DNA from: Promethearchaeota archaeon
GTDB taxonomy: Archaea > Asgardarchaeota > Lokiarchaeia > Sigyniarchaeales > SOKP01
Length of the DNA stretch: 64,000 bases
Assembly: GCA_048937405.1 (NCBI GenBank)
Contig: JBHLNF010000004.1
Location: forward strand, 96,001 to 160,000
Reading direction: 5' to 3'
Position 1 is the first letter of the stretch; every line of letters starts with the position of its first letter. This document shows, piece by piece, positions 52,552 through 61,312 of the stretch. Under the pieces are notes generated by a model that had not been told where the DNA came from, did no database searches, and worked only from the letters and a program-made list of their open reading frames with translations. The position numbers and the translations under genes were made by a program.

Positions 52552-53466
52552 TTATTTATTTTCAGAAATACTTGAAATTTTTCTTTTCTTTGTATATATT
52601 TTTGGAATATGTATTTTAACCCCATGAAATTGGATTTTTGGAATAGAAATTTTTGGTACTATAGTTGAATTGTTATCTTTTAATTTATCTTTTATATCAT
52701 CAAGTTCTATTATGGATATTTTCTTAAATTTATCATCATTTTCAGAGATGAAAGAATTTATATATTCTTTTAATTCTATATCTTGAGAATTATCGTTTGA
52801 GTTATCAATTTTTATATCCTCAGGTTCTATTTCCTCTAAAAAATCTGTGAATTGATTTTTCTTATCAGTCAGTATTTCTTTATAATTTTGTCTAAAACTC
52901 TGAATATTTTTATAATCTTTTATTTTCTCATATTCAAAAACCAGACCTGTTTCAACATCATAGAGCATTCCGCAAATTTCAGTTTCAGGATAAAATTCCT
53001 TAATCAATTCTAATGATTTGATTTGTTCTTTTATATTTTGTATCTCATCTAAGAATGGTTTAAAGAAATTCCTTATTTTTGAAATATGTTCATGATAATT
53101 TTGTGTTAAGCTTGAAAGAAATTTTATTGGTAATTTTTCTCTAAATTCATTTAAATTAATTTTTGTCATTCCACAATCCAAATGCCCCAAAACTACAATA
53201 AATTTAATATTGAATTTAACTATAGCTAAAATAATAGATCTTAACACATCCAAAGTATAGAGATTTCCAGCATTCCTTAAAACAAAGACATCTCCAAGAT
53301 TGAATTGAAAAATTTCATTTACATTTATTCTTGGATCCATACATGTAAGAATTAAAACAGGAAATTTTGGAATACTCTCAATCTTATTGATATTTTCTAA
53401 TTCTTTTGAAATTTTTAAATGATACCGATAATTGCCCTTTAAAATATCTTTAATAATATCTTCCAT
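52552..53466 (-). CDS. Beta-class carbonic anhydrase with C-terminal extension
   Basis: CMDPR, RNAGN, HLDCG zinc ligands. Confidence 0.9.
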   Translation of the reverse strand: MEDIIKDILKGNYRYHLKISKELENINKIESIPKFPVLILTCMDPRINVNEIFQFNLGDVFVLRNAGNLYTLDVLRSIILAIVKFNIKFIVVLGHLDCGMTKINLNEFREKLPIKFLSSLTQNYHEHISKIRNFFKPFLDEIQNIKEQIKSLELIKEFYPETEICGMLYDVETGLVFEYEKIKDYKNIQSFRQNYKEILTDKKNQFTDFLEEIEPEDIKIDNSNDNSQDIELKEYINSFISENDDKFKKISIIELDDIKDKLKDNNSTIVPKISIPKIQFHGVKIHIPKIYTKKRKISSISENK

Positions 53467-53558
53467 TATTTATCTAACTTATTCTACTGATTTTTGATTC
53501 ATTGCTTAAATTCCTTATTTAATATTTAATAGAATAAAAAAAAATCAATTTTTAGTAG

Positions 53559-54728
53559 CTATTTTTTAACCAGTATTTCCTTTAGCTTTTCCGCACCGCC
53601 GTTATTAAAGAACGCTTTAATTTTGTCTGAATACTCTGGCAAAAGTTGTAAGAATGGCATTATTGCTCGAGAAAGGGAACTAAATGCTTCATTACCGTCA
53701 CCCATTATGAACATTTTATCTGGACTCAGGTTTTTAAATACTTCTGGTAAAATGTTCGTTAATTGAACTGCTAAGAACCTTTCATCTGCAGTAGTCATCG
53801 CCTCGACTTGCTTCTTAAAACCTTCCGCTTGGGCAAGCATTTGTTGCTTTATATTCTCTGCTTCACCCTCCGCTTGAGCAATCAGTTTTCGCTTTATTTG
53901 TTGAGCATCAGCATCAGCTTCAATGATTTTCTTCTGTCTATCACCATCCGCTTCTATTTGTTTACGTTCTCTCTCCTGTTCTGCTATCGCGATTTCTTTA
54001 TCCTTCCTTCTCAATTCAATTTCTTTTTCAACTTGTTGGTTTTGAATTCCAATCTCATTTTGAACTTCCAATTCTCTTATTCTGGATTCTCTTTCAGATT
54101 CAGCATTGGCTATCCTCGCTTTTCTTGCTTCAATTGCCTGTTTTACCGCTTCCATATTCTTTTTTAATCCAGGTTCCAAAATATTTACTTCTCGTATTTC
54201 AATTGATTCGATTACTACACCCCAATCCGCTGTTAACTCGTGAATTTCTTTACTTACGATGTTTATTATTTCTCGACGCTCCCGAATTATCTTTTCAATG
54301 GGCATATTAGCACAGGTAGTTCTGATAATCGCTTCTGCAGCATTTTTAAGAATCTTCTCTACATAGTTTTCATCTCTAGGAATCCAAGATACAGCACTAA
54401 ACGCTTTTTCAGGATCAATTACTTTCCATATTAGCATTCCTACAATTGAGATATTTTGGTATTCCATTGAAACAACTTGCTCGTGAGCTTCTAAAGTTGT
54501 TTGAATACTTGTGGTTGGAATTACGAGATATTCATCAATCAAAGGTAGTAACCATATACTTCCTCCCAATCCAGCATGCTTTACTTTTCCATTGCGCAAA
54601 TGTATAACAAACTGGTTTGTTTTGAATTTTCTATATCTTGTTGCCATAAAAATTAGAAATAAGAATGCCACTACTATTACTATAACAACTAACCAAGTTA
54701 TCCATGTATATATTTCTTGAAACAACAT
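53559..54728 (-). CDS. SPFH/flotillin-like protein
   Basis: N-terminal TM, SPFH core (WGVVIESIEIREV), Ala/Glu coiled coil (AEGEA). Confidence 0.9.
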   Translation of the reverse strand: MLFQEIYTWITWLVVIVIVVAFLFLIFMATRYRKFKTNQFVIHLRNGKVKHAGLGGSIWLLPLIDEYLVIPTTSIQTTLEAHEQVVSMEYQNISIVGMLIWKVIDPEKAFSAVSWIPRDENYVEKILKNAAEAIIRTTCANMPIEKIIRERREIINIVSKEIHELTADWGVVIESIEIREVNILEPGLKKNMEAVKQAIEARKARIANAESERESRIRELEVQNEIGIQNQQVEKEIELRRKDKEIAIAEQERERKQIEADGDRQKKIIEADADAQQIKRKLIAQAEGEAENIKQQMLAQAEGFKKQVEAMTTADERFLAVQLTNILPEVFKNLSPDKMFIMGDGNEAFSSLSRAIMPFLQLLPEYSDKIKAFFNNGGAEKLKEILVKK

Positions 54729-54833
54729 CGCCTTATTTTTTACCTCCTATTTTTTAATTTTAATATATTTTTGATAATTTTTTTTAGAAAATTTTAAATG
54801 ATGATTAATAATTTGACTTGATATCAATTTTAT

Positions 54834-55790
54834 CTACCTCCCCCTATTTCGAATTGAACTAAATTTATTATCAACTAATAAAAAACCATCTTTTATATCA
54901 CAGATATATACTTCTTGTCCCTTTTCGAAAGATGAATCAGGATTTATTGGTTTTACATGAATTTTCTCAAACTTCATTGGATTATTAGAAGGAATTTTAA
55001 TAACTCCACCTCTTCTATCTACTTCCAAAACAATGATTCCTTTTTCTCCAATTAAATTTCGAGTTGAAGATATGTTGTAGAATCTAGATACAGCTATCTT
55101 TTTCCAACTAGTAGAAATGAGTTTTGTAAATAGATATGTCACAACTAATGATGCAAAAAATATCATATATTTCAGTTCATCAGCAAGAAGATAATAGAAT
55201 AAAATGCCTGATATCCCGAAGATCAATAAAGATGTCGAAAACAATAACATAAATGGAGCAGGAGTCGTATCATTCAATAGACTAACATCTCCAGTTTCAT
55301 CAAAATGATCAATATGATCTACATGCCCTAAATCTGCGTGATCTATGTGATCAATATGATCTACATAGTCTATATGCCCTAAATCTGCGTGATCTATGTG
55401 ATCAATATGATCTACATGGTCTATATGCCCAAAATCTGTGTGATCTATGTGATCAATATGATCTACATGGTCTATATGCCCTAAATCTGCGTGATCTATG
55501 TGATCAATATGATCTACATGGTCTATATGCCCTAAATCTGCGTGATCTATGTGATCAATATTCTGTAGATCATGAGTTGATATTTCAGCAAGGATAGTCG
55601 AAATAAAAGACATTATTATCCCACCAATAAATAAACCTAAACAAATACTAAATAGCACATCATTGAAATAATTATTATAGAAACTAATTAAAGTAAATGC
55701 TAAACCAGAAAGAATAATTGAAAGAATCATTACATTATTTTTTCTTTTCCAATGAATAACAAACATTTTCCTAAACATTGTGGTTTCCAC
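54834..55790 (-). CDS. NfeD/YqiJ-like membrane protein with His-Asp repeat loop and C-terminal OB fold
   Basis: 4 TM segments; LIGEKG.V...G.IKI...G.EVYI OB domain; upstream of flotillin. Confidence 0.8.
   Translation of the reverse strand: METTMFRKMFVIHWKRKNNVMILSIILSGLAFTLISFYNNYFNDVLFSICLGLFIGGIIMSFISTILAEISTHDLQNIDHIDHADLGHIDHVDHIDHIDHADLGHIDHVDHIDHIDHTDFGHIDHVDHIDHIDHADLGHIDYVDHIDHIDHADLGHVDHIDHFDETGDVSLLNDTTPAPFMLLFSTSLLIFGISGILFYYLLADELKYMIFFASLVVTYLFTKLISTSWKKIAVSRFYNISSTRNLIGEKGIIVLEVDRRGGVIKIPSNNPMKFEKIHVKPINPDSSFEKGQEVYICDIKDGFLLVDNKFSSIRNRGR
55306..55560. repeat. 51-bp coding tandem repeat (4 full units plus one 42-bp unit) encoding HIDHADLGHIDHVDHID
   Basis: TGATCAATA recurs at 55306, 55348, 55399, 55450, 55501, 55552. 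Confidence 0.95.
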
Positions 55791-55827
55791 CTATAGATTA
55801 ACTCTAACTTAAAATCTTAATTACTTT

Positions 55828-56331
55828 TTATGAAGATATATTAGTTCCGCATTGATGACAAAAAATGGCATCTCTATCTAGTTTTGCTCCGCAAAATCTA
55901 CAAAAGTTAATAATTGGGACTGATGGGATATCATACTTGACTTTTCTGAAAATTTGTTCTTCAGGTTCATTTTGATTTTGAAGAGACTTAGGGATTATAT
56001 ATGGATTATATTGCTGTTTTTGAGTTTGAGATTCACTACGAAATTGAGAATTATATGATTTCAAATTTTTTTCTTTTGGTTTTTTATATACTTCACTCAT
56101 TGAAATTGAAATTGCACTAATACAAGTAATCATTAAAAAAATGAAAATAAATCCGCTAATCATAGGTACGATTGGAAAACTAAACCCATTAAAATCAAAT
56201 ATACTAAACATGAAAAAGAACATCAAACCTAGAAAAACTAGGGCTAAAGCCACAGCAGTAAAAATAGTCCCTGATCGAGATCTATAACTATTTTTTCTTC
56301 TATTCGGTTCAATTATAGGGACAAAAGCCAT
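55828..56331 (-). CDS. 2-TM protein with C-terminal zinc ribbon
   Basis: CRFCG...FCHQCG. Confidence 0.8.
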   Translation of the reverse strand: MAFVPIIEPNRRKNSYRSRSGTIFTAVALALVFLGLMFFFMFSIFDFNGFSFPIVPMISGFIFIFLMITCISAISISMSEVYKKPKEKNLKSYNSQFRSESQTQKQQYNPYIIPKSLQNQNEPEEQIFRKVKYDIPSVPIINFCRFCGAKLDRDAIFCHQCGTNISS

Positions 56332-56667
56332 TTTTTTTCTCTTTATTATATTTCTTTATATTTATTTATATTTTTTTTAATGTTTAATATATGGGTATAT
56401 ATTGATATATTTAAATGTTATGAAAATATCAAGAACATACAGAAAAAGCAGGAAGTCTTTAAATATTATTATGAATATATATATAATAATATATATAAAC
56501 AAATAGAAATTTAGGAAGATATAAGTATTTCTTTTCTATATATAATTTTATATATTCAAAAAAATATTTTTTAGAGCCCAATAAACCTTTGATAAATAAA
56601 ATTAAACTTTATTAATATAAGGATATATATTCAATTTGATAACTTATTTTATATAAGAATATAAGAG

Positions 56668-57432
56668 ATGATTTTAATAGCAAAGCAAACTGAAAAAACA
56701 ACCGAAGAAAAAAATGGAACTATAAAAGATGAGATAAAAGAACCTGAACCCAAAGACAAGCCAATTTATGTTAAAGTAAGTGATGAAACAAGGAATTTAA
56801 TTGATAAATATAAAGAACAAGGAACTACTATATCTGATCTTGTGAGAAATGCTGTAAAATACTTTGATGATTTCAATTCAATTTCTCCAGAAATTCAAGC
56901 AATAATAAAAAAATACAAGGAAGTAGATGAAAATGAAATATCTTTTGTAGAACGAGCAATTAAATATTATGGAGAACAGAAAAACCTTGATAGAGATCTT
57001 TGGGTGCGAGCTAGAGATGAAATGAAAATGATGCTGATAGGAAAAACAACTTTTAACCAACTCATACATGCTGCTGAAATACCAGAAGAAAGTTTGGATA
57101 AGCCATGGCGGAAAAATGTTGCAATTGATTTAATTTTATGGTATAACGATTCCAAACCACTTAAAAGTCTTAGTATAGAGGAAATTATAGGCACAGTACA
57201 GAAACTTTGGGTTGTCGCGAATTACTTCCACACAATTGATGTAAACAAAGAAAGTGCTGATGAATTTCATATGCTTTTCAGACATCGGCAAAATAAGCGA
57301 TATGGTACATATTGGTTAGGTTATTTTACAGAATTATTTACTTCTGAAGAAATGCCATTTAAATGTGAAGTTGAGGGCCAAGCTTTTGATGAATCCGTTT
57401 CATTGACATTAAAAATTGGATATGAAAAATAA
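56668..57432 (+). CDS. Ribbon-helix-helix-containing putative regulator
   Basis: IYVKVSDET..LI......TISDLVRNAV and a second EISFVERAI helix. Confidence 0.6.
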   Translation: MILIAKQTEKTTEEKNGTIKDEIKEPEPKDKPIYVKVSDETRNLIDKYKEQGTTISDLVRNAVKYFDDFNSISPEIQAIIKKYKEVDENEISFVERAIKYYGEQKNLDRDLWVRARDEMKMMLIGKTTFNQLIHAAEIPEESLDKPWRKNVAIDLILWYNDSKPLKSLSIEEIIGTVQKLWVVANYFHTIDVNKESADEFHMLFRHRQNKRYGTYWLGYFTELFTSEEMPFKCEVEGQAFDESVSLTLKIGYEK

Positions 57433-57662
57433 AAGTTGACTATTTAATTCTGTTTGAATTAAAAACCATTCTATTTCAAATTAGAGTGAGTTATTTCTTT
57501 TATATCCTTTATATTTTTCATACTTATCTCTTTTATCCCAATTATAAAATTCTATTATAATTCAAATAAATCTAAGTAAAACTTAAAAAGAATTATTTAA
57601 AGATTACCCATAAATAATTATTTAAAAAAATGGTTCAAATTTAATAAAGAAGGAAAAAAATT

Positions 57663-58424
57663 ATGTCAAAGGAAGTTTTAAGTTATGAAGTAAAAGATCA
57701 GATCGCATACCTTACTATAGACAATCCAGAAGCTAATAGATTGGATCCTCCCTTATGTAGAGCTCTAGGAGCTGCATGGGCACGTTTTACAAATGAAAAA
57801 GAAAGTAGGGTGGCAATTCTCAGTGCTAAAGGGCCGGATTTTAGTCGAGGAGCAGATATTTATGTCGAAGGTTTGTTAAAAGATCTTATAAAAGCGTTTC
57901 CACCGAATGGTACTAAAATCCTGAAACCCATCATAGGAGCAGTCCATGGAAATGTTATTGGTAGTGGATATGGACTTGGTGTTATAGGCACAGATATAAC
58001 TTATGCAACAGAAGATACTAAATTTATCTTTGGTGAAGTCTATGTTGGAATTGTTGGTTCAGTGGTAGATTATAGACCTCATATGCCGTTTAAAGCATCT
58101 TTAGAATTTTACATGTCAGGAAAACCATTAGGAGCTCAACGAGCATATGAATTAGGATTAATCAACGGTGTTACAAAAAATAAAGAAGATCTCATGAAGG
58201 AAGCTATTAAGATGGCAGAAATACTACGGGATAATGCGCCATTATCATTAAGAGCGATCAAATATGGACATTACAAAGTCATGGAAAATGAACAAAGGAA
58301 AGCAATGCGTATAGCACAAGAGGAATTTAATGCTTTTATACAACCTCAATTAGTTAGCGAGGATTTCAAGGAAGGTAAAGCAGCACTTAAAGAAAATAGG
58401 AAGCCAGTATTCAAAGGTCGCTAA
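57663..58424 (+). CDS. Enoyl-CoA hydratase/isomerase family protein
   Basis: FSRGAD, KPIIGAVHG..IGSG, A.ELGLIN, EDFKEG..A..E.RKP.FKGR. Confidence 0.9.
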   Translation: MSKEVLSYEVKDQIAYLTIDNPEANRLDPPLCRALGAAWARFTNEKESRVAILSAKGPDFSRGADIYVEGLLKDLIKAFPPNGTKILKPIIGAVHGNVIGSGYGLGVIGTDITYATEDTKFIFGEVYVGIVGSVVDYRPHMPFKASLEFYMSGKPLGAQRAYELGLINGVTKNKEDLMKEAIKMAEILRDNAPLSLRAIKYGHYKVMENEQRKAMRIAQEEFNAFIQPQLVSEDFKEGKAALKENRKPVFKGR

Positions 58425-58462
58425 AGTCTCGAATTAATATTTTTAAATTTAAATTTTAATAA

Positions 58463-60973
58463 TTATATTTTATTTTTTTCCAATCTATCAATATCCGCTA
58501 GTAAGTTCTGTTTTTTTTCCATCCATTCATTTCTCGTTTCCACCCTACAAAAACACGTCTGGGTGGCTTGAATTCCTCTTTCTGCATTCTCCCGTGCTAA
58601 ATCATAATTTCCAAGTTCTTTATAACATCTTGCTAAAAGAAAATAAGTATTATATGTAAACCAACCTAGTGGATCAAGTTTTAATGCTTTCTGAAAAAAT
58701 TTTATAGCCTGGTCATATTCTCCGAATTCTGTTAAGATTTCTCCAAATGAGTCGTGAAAATTTCCATTTTCAGGATCAAGCTTAATTAATTGATTCCCTA
58801 CTTTTATTGCTTCTTCTTTATCCCCTTTATATAAATGATAATAGAGCTTATTGTTCAGTATATCAAGATCGTCAGGATTCTTCTCCCATAATTCATCAAT
58901 GATTTCCAAACATTTATCATAGTTCATCATCTTCTTATATAAATATGCTTTATGTGTCATAAGTTTAACTTCCTTCTCAGGAAAAAGTTTTATTCCCTCT
59001 TCCACTAATTCTATAGCTTCATCGATTTTTCCATAATCATACAATATATAGTACTTCAAGAGATGTATAGCAAGATCTTTAGGATTTAATTCAAGCGCAG
59101 TTCCAATTGTTTCAAGAGCCTCATCAAATTTCTTTAAATGATTTAAAAATAGAGCTTTAATATAAAGATAGTATATCTTATTTTTTGTTTTTTCCTCTAA
59201 AGAAATTGCAGTATCAATATCCATTAAAACCTGATCGATTTTTGAGCTTTCTGAATCTACATCATAAATAATTTTATAACTTTCAATTAAAGCTCTTGTA
59301 GTGTAAAATAAAGGATGATCTGTATAAATATTACCTATTCTATCACTCAATTCAAAAGCCTTATCAAATTCAGCTAAGGTTAGATGATTATAAACTAATA
59401 TGTAATGATAAGGAATAAATATTTCTTCTTCATTTTTATTTGGATGTTTTTCAAATTCTTTTTTAAGGAAATGAATACTTTCTTGATGGCGATTTGAGAT
59501 ACTTAATATAATTGATTTCAAAAAAAGGAAATTAGAATTTTCAGGTTTAGTCTTAATCTTCTTATTTATTTCTTTTAAAACATCCTCAAATTCTCCCTTT
59601 TTCATCCTGTGTTTTGCTTCTTCAAAAATTTTTTCAAGTTTAGGATTTGAAAAAATTTCCAAGACTTTTAGTACTGTAAAATCGATATAATATTTGAATT
59701 GGGCTTGCTCAATTAAATCATACTTAGAGCCATATGATTGAAAAACCTCGGGAATATCCCGCCACGCTACTCCCTCTAACTTATCGAGAGTATCTATTAA
59801 CTTACCCTCTGATTCTATTCTATAAGCTAAATATTTAATATATTCTGGTAAAAATGTGCGTAACGCATCTTTTAATTCATCATTAAATAAATTATTACAA
59901 ATTTCCGCTAATATTGATTCAATTGTATGGCTTAAACTTAATTTACTTGCCCCATTTGGAGAATTCTCATAAAGTTTATTCAAATAAGTAAATTTTGTAA
60001 TATAATCTTCTGTGATGGCACTTAAGACCTTTTCAATTTTCTCATTTGCTTGAAAATAGTAAATCTTATCCTCATCAACTACCAAGTGAAAAAATTTAAC
60101 AGGATAAACATTCTTCTCAACTATTTTACGAATATTAAATTCAAGATCCAATCTGTCAATTTGGTATTCTTCTGAAAAATCTTTAATTGAAATATAAAAT
60201 GGATATTGATTAGGGTGATTCATTGAAAGATATAATAGCACTTTATTGAACTGTTCTTCAGAATCTAATGATCCTTTTAAATTGGCAAATGGTAACTTTA
60301 AAACGTTATTTAAAAACCGAAACTTGATATCACCATCCTCTATATGATAATTCTCAAAGAATCTAATTGTTTTTTTCGTAATTTCTTCAATACGGTGGCT
60401 TTCTTCATCCAAGATAGATTGCCGATCTAAATCATATAATTTCAACATTCGCGAATATCCAGATTTACCTTTTTGTGTAATCCTGTACTCCTTATCTTCT
60501 TTTTTTATAATTTCTCTCTTCTGAAGTTCATTAAGATTTTTTGATAAACTTGATTGATTAATCTTTAGAGGTTCGTCAATAAAGTCCGACCATTTACAAA
60601 ATGTATTATTATAAACCATCCATAAAATCCAATGATCATAATTTCTAGTATTAGTTATTGCTTTTGGAGGATAATTTAATTTTCGCTCCTTTTTCACTTT
60701 CGATAGTTTATTATATCGTTCCTCTCCTTTAGATGTGATTTTATATACTCCTCTTTCTACTTTTTCGACGTACTCATCCAGCATTAACGATTTAAGATAA
60801 TAGGATAGGGTTGATTGAGAAATATCTACTGGTTTATCTTTAAAATCAGACCATTCCACAACTTCATTATTTCGTAACATCCAAAGGATAATATGTTCGA
60901 TATTTTGTCGAACTTCCATGCTTGGGTTTAAAATTTCTTCAGGGGGGTAATTTATTTCTTGGTGGCGACTCAT
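58463..60973 (-). CDS. Tandem wHTH (MarR/ArsR-like) domains plus C-terminal TPR repeats
   Basis: Duplicated NYPP...ILWM..NN....WSDF...P..I.QS.LS..L..L....Y.IT.KG unit; TPR motifs. Confidence 0.8.
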   Translation of the reverse strand: MSRHQEINYPPEEILNPSMEVRQNIEHIILWMLRNNEVVEWSDFKDKPVDISQSTLSYYLKSLMLDEYVEKVERGVYKITSKGEERYNKLSKVKKERKLNYPPKAITNTRNYDHWILWMVYNNTFCKWSDFIDEPLKINQSSLSKNLNELQKREIIKKEDKEYRITQKGKSGYSRMLKLYDLDRQSILDEESHRIEEITKKTIRFFENYHIEDGDIKFRFLNNVLKLPFANLKGSLDSEEQFNKVLLYLSMNHPNQYPFYISIKDFSEEYQIDRLDLEFNIRKIVEKNVYPVKFFHLVVDEDKIYYFQANEKIEKVLSAITEDYITKFTYLNKLYENSPNGASKLSLSHTIESILAEICNNLFNDELKDALRTFLPEYIKYLAYRIESEGKLIDTLDKLEGVAWRDIPEVFQSYGSKYDLIEQAQFKYYIDFTVLKVLEIFSNPKLEKIFEEAKHRMKKGEFEDVLKEINKKIKTKPENSNFLFLKSIILSISNRHQESIHFLKKEFEKHPNKNEEEIFIPYHYILVYNHLTLAEFDKAFELSDRIGNIYTDHPLFYTTRALIESYKIIYDVDSESSKIDQVLMDIDTAISLEEKTKNKIYYLYIKALFLNHLKKFDEALETIGTALELNPKDLAIHLLKYYILYDYGKIDEAIELVEEGIKLFPEKEVKLMTHKAYLYKKMMNYDKCLEIIDELWEKNPDDLDILNNKLYYHLYKGDKEEAIKVGNQLIKLDPENGNFHDSFGEILTEFGEYDQAIKFFQKALKLDPLGWFTYNTYFLLARCYKELGNYDLARENAERGIQATQTCFCRVETRNEWMEKKQNLLADIDRLEKNKI

Positions 60974-61312
60974 ATAATTACACCTTAGTACTCTAATTAG
61001 TATACAACAAAAGTCTTATTTATAGTTTTTTTCATGAACTTTTATTGTACTTTGAATCTTTTTTTGAACTATCAATTAAAATTGGGATTATAAATGTAAT
61101 TCAATTCAGGAAAAATTTGAATACTTTCGATGATAGAATAAATTTACCTTCTATTACGATATTTAATTAGCAATTTTTGAACTAATGGGGGATTACTCTA
61201 TAACTCTTTCTCTAATCATCGATGGATTAATATAAAATCCTCTTAAACTTAACGTTTAAATAGAATTCGATATAATTCAATATCATAAGAATAAAAAAAG
61301 GCTGTAATTTCA

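Noticed and set aside
55306-55560. Possible CRISPR array
   Set aside because: Contiguous in-frame tandem units without unique spacers; lies inside a CDS; no cas genes
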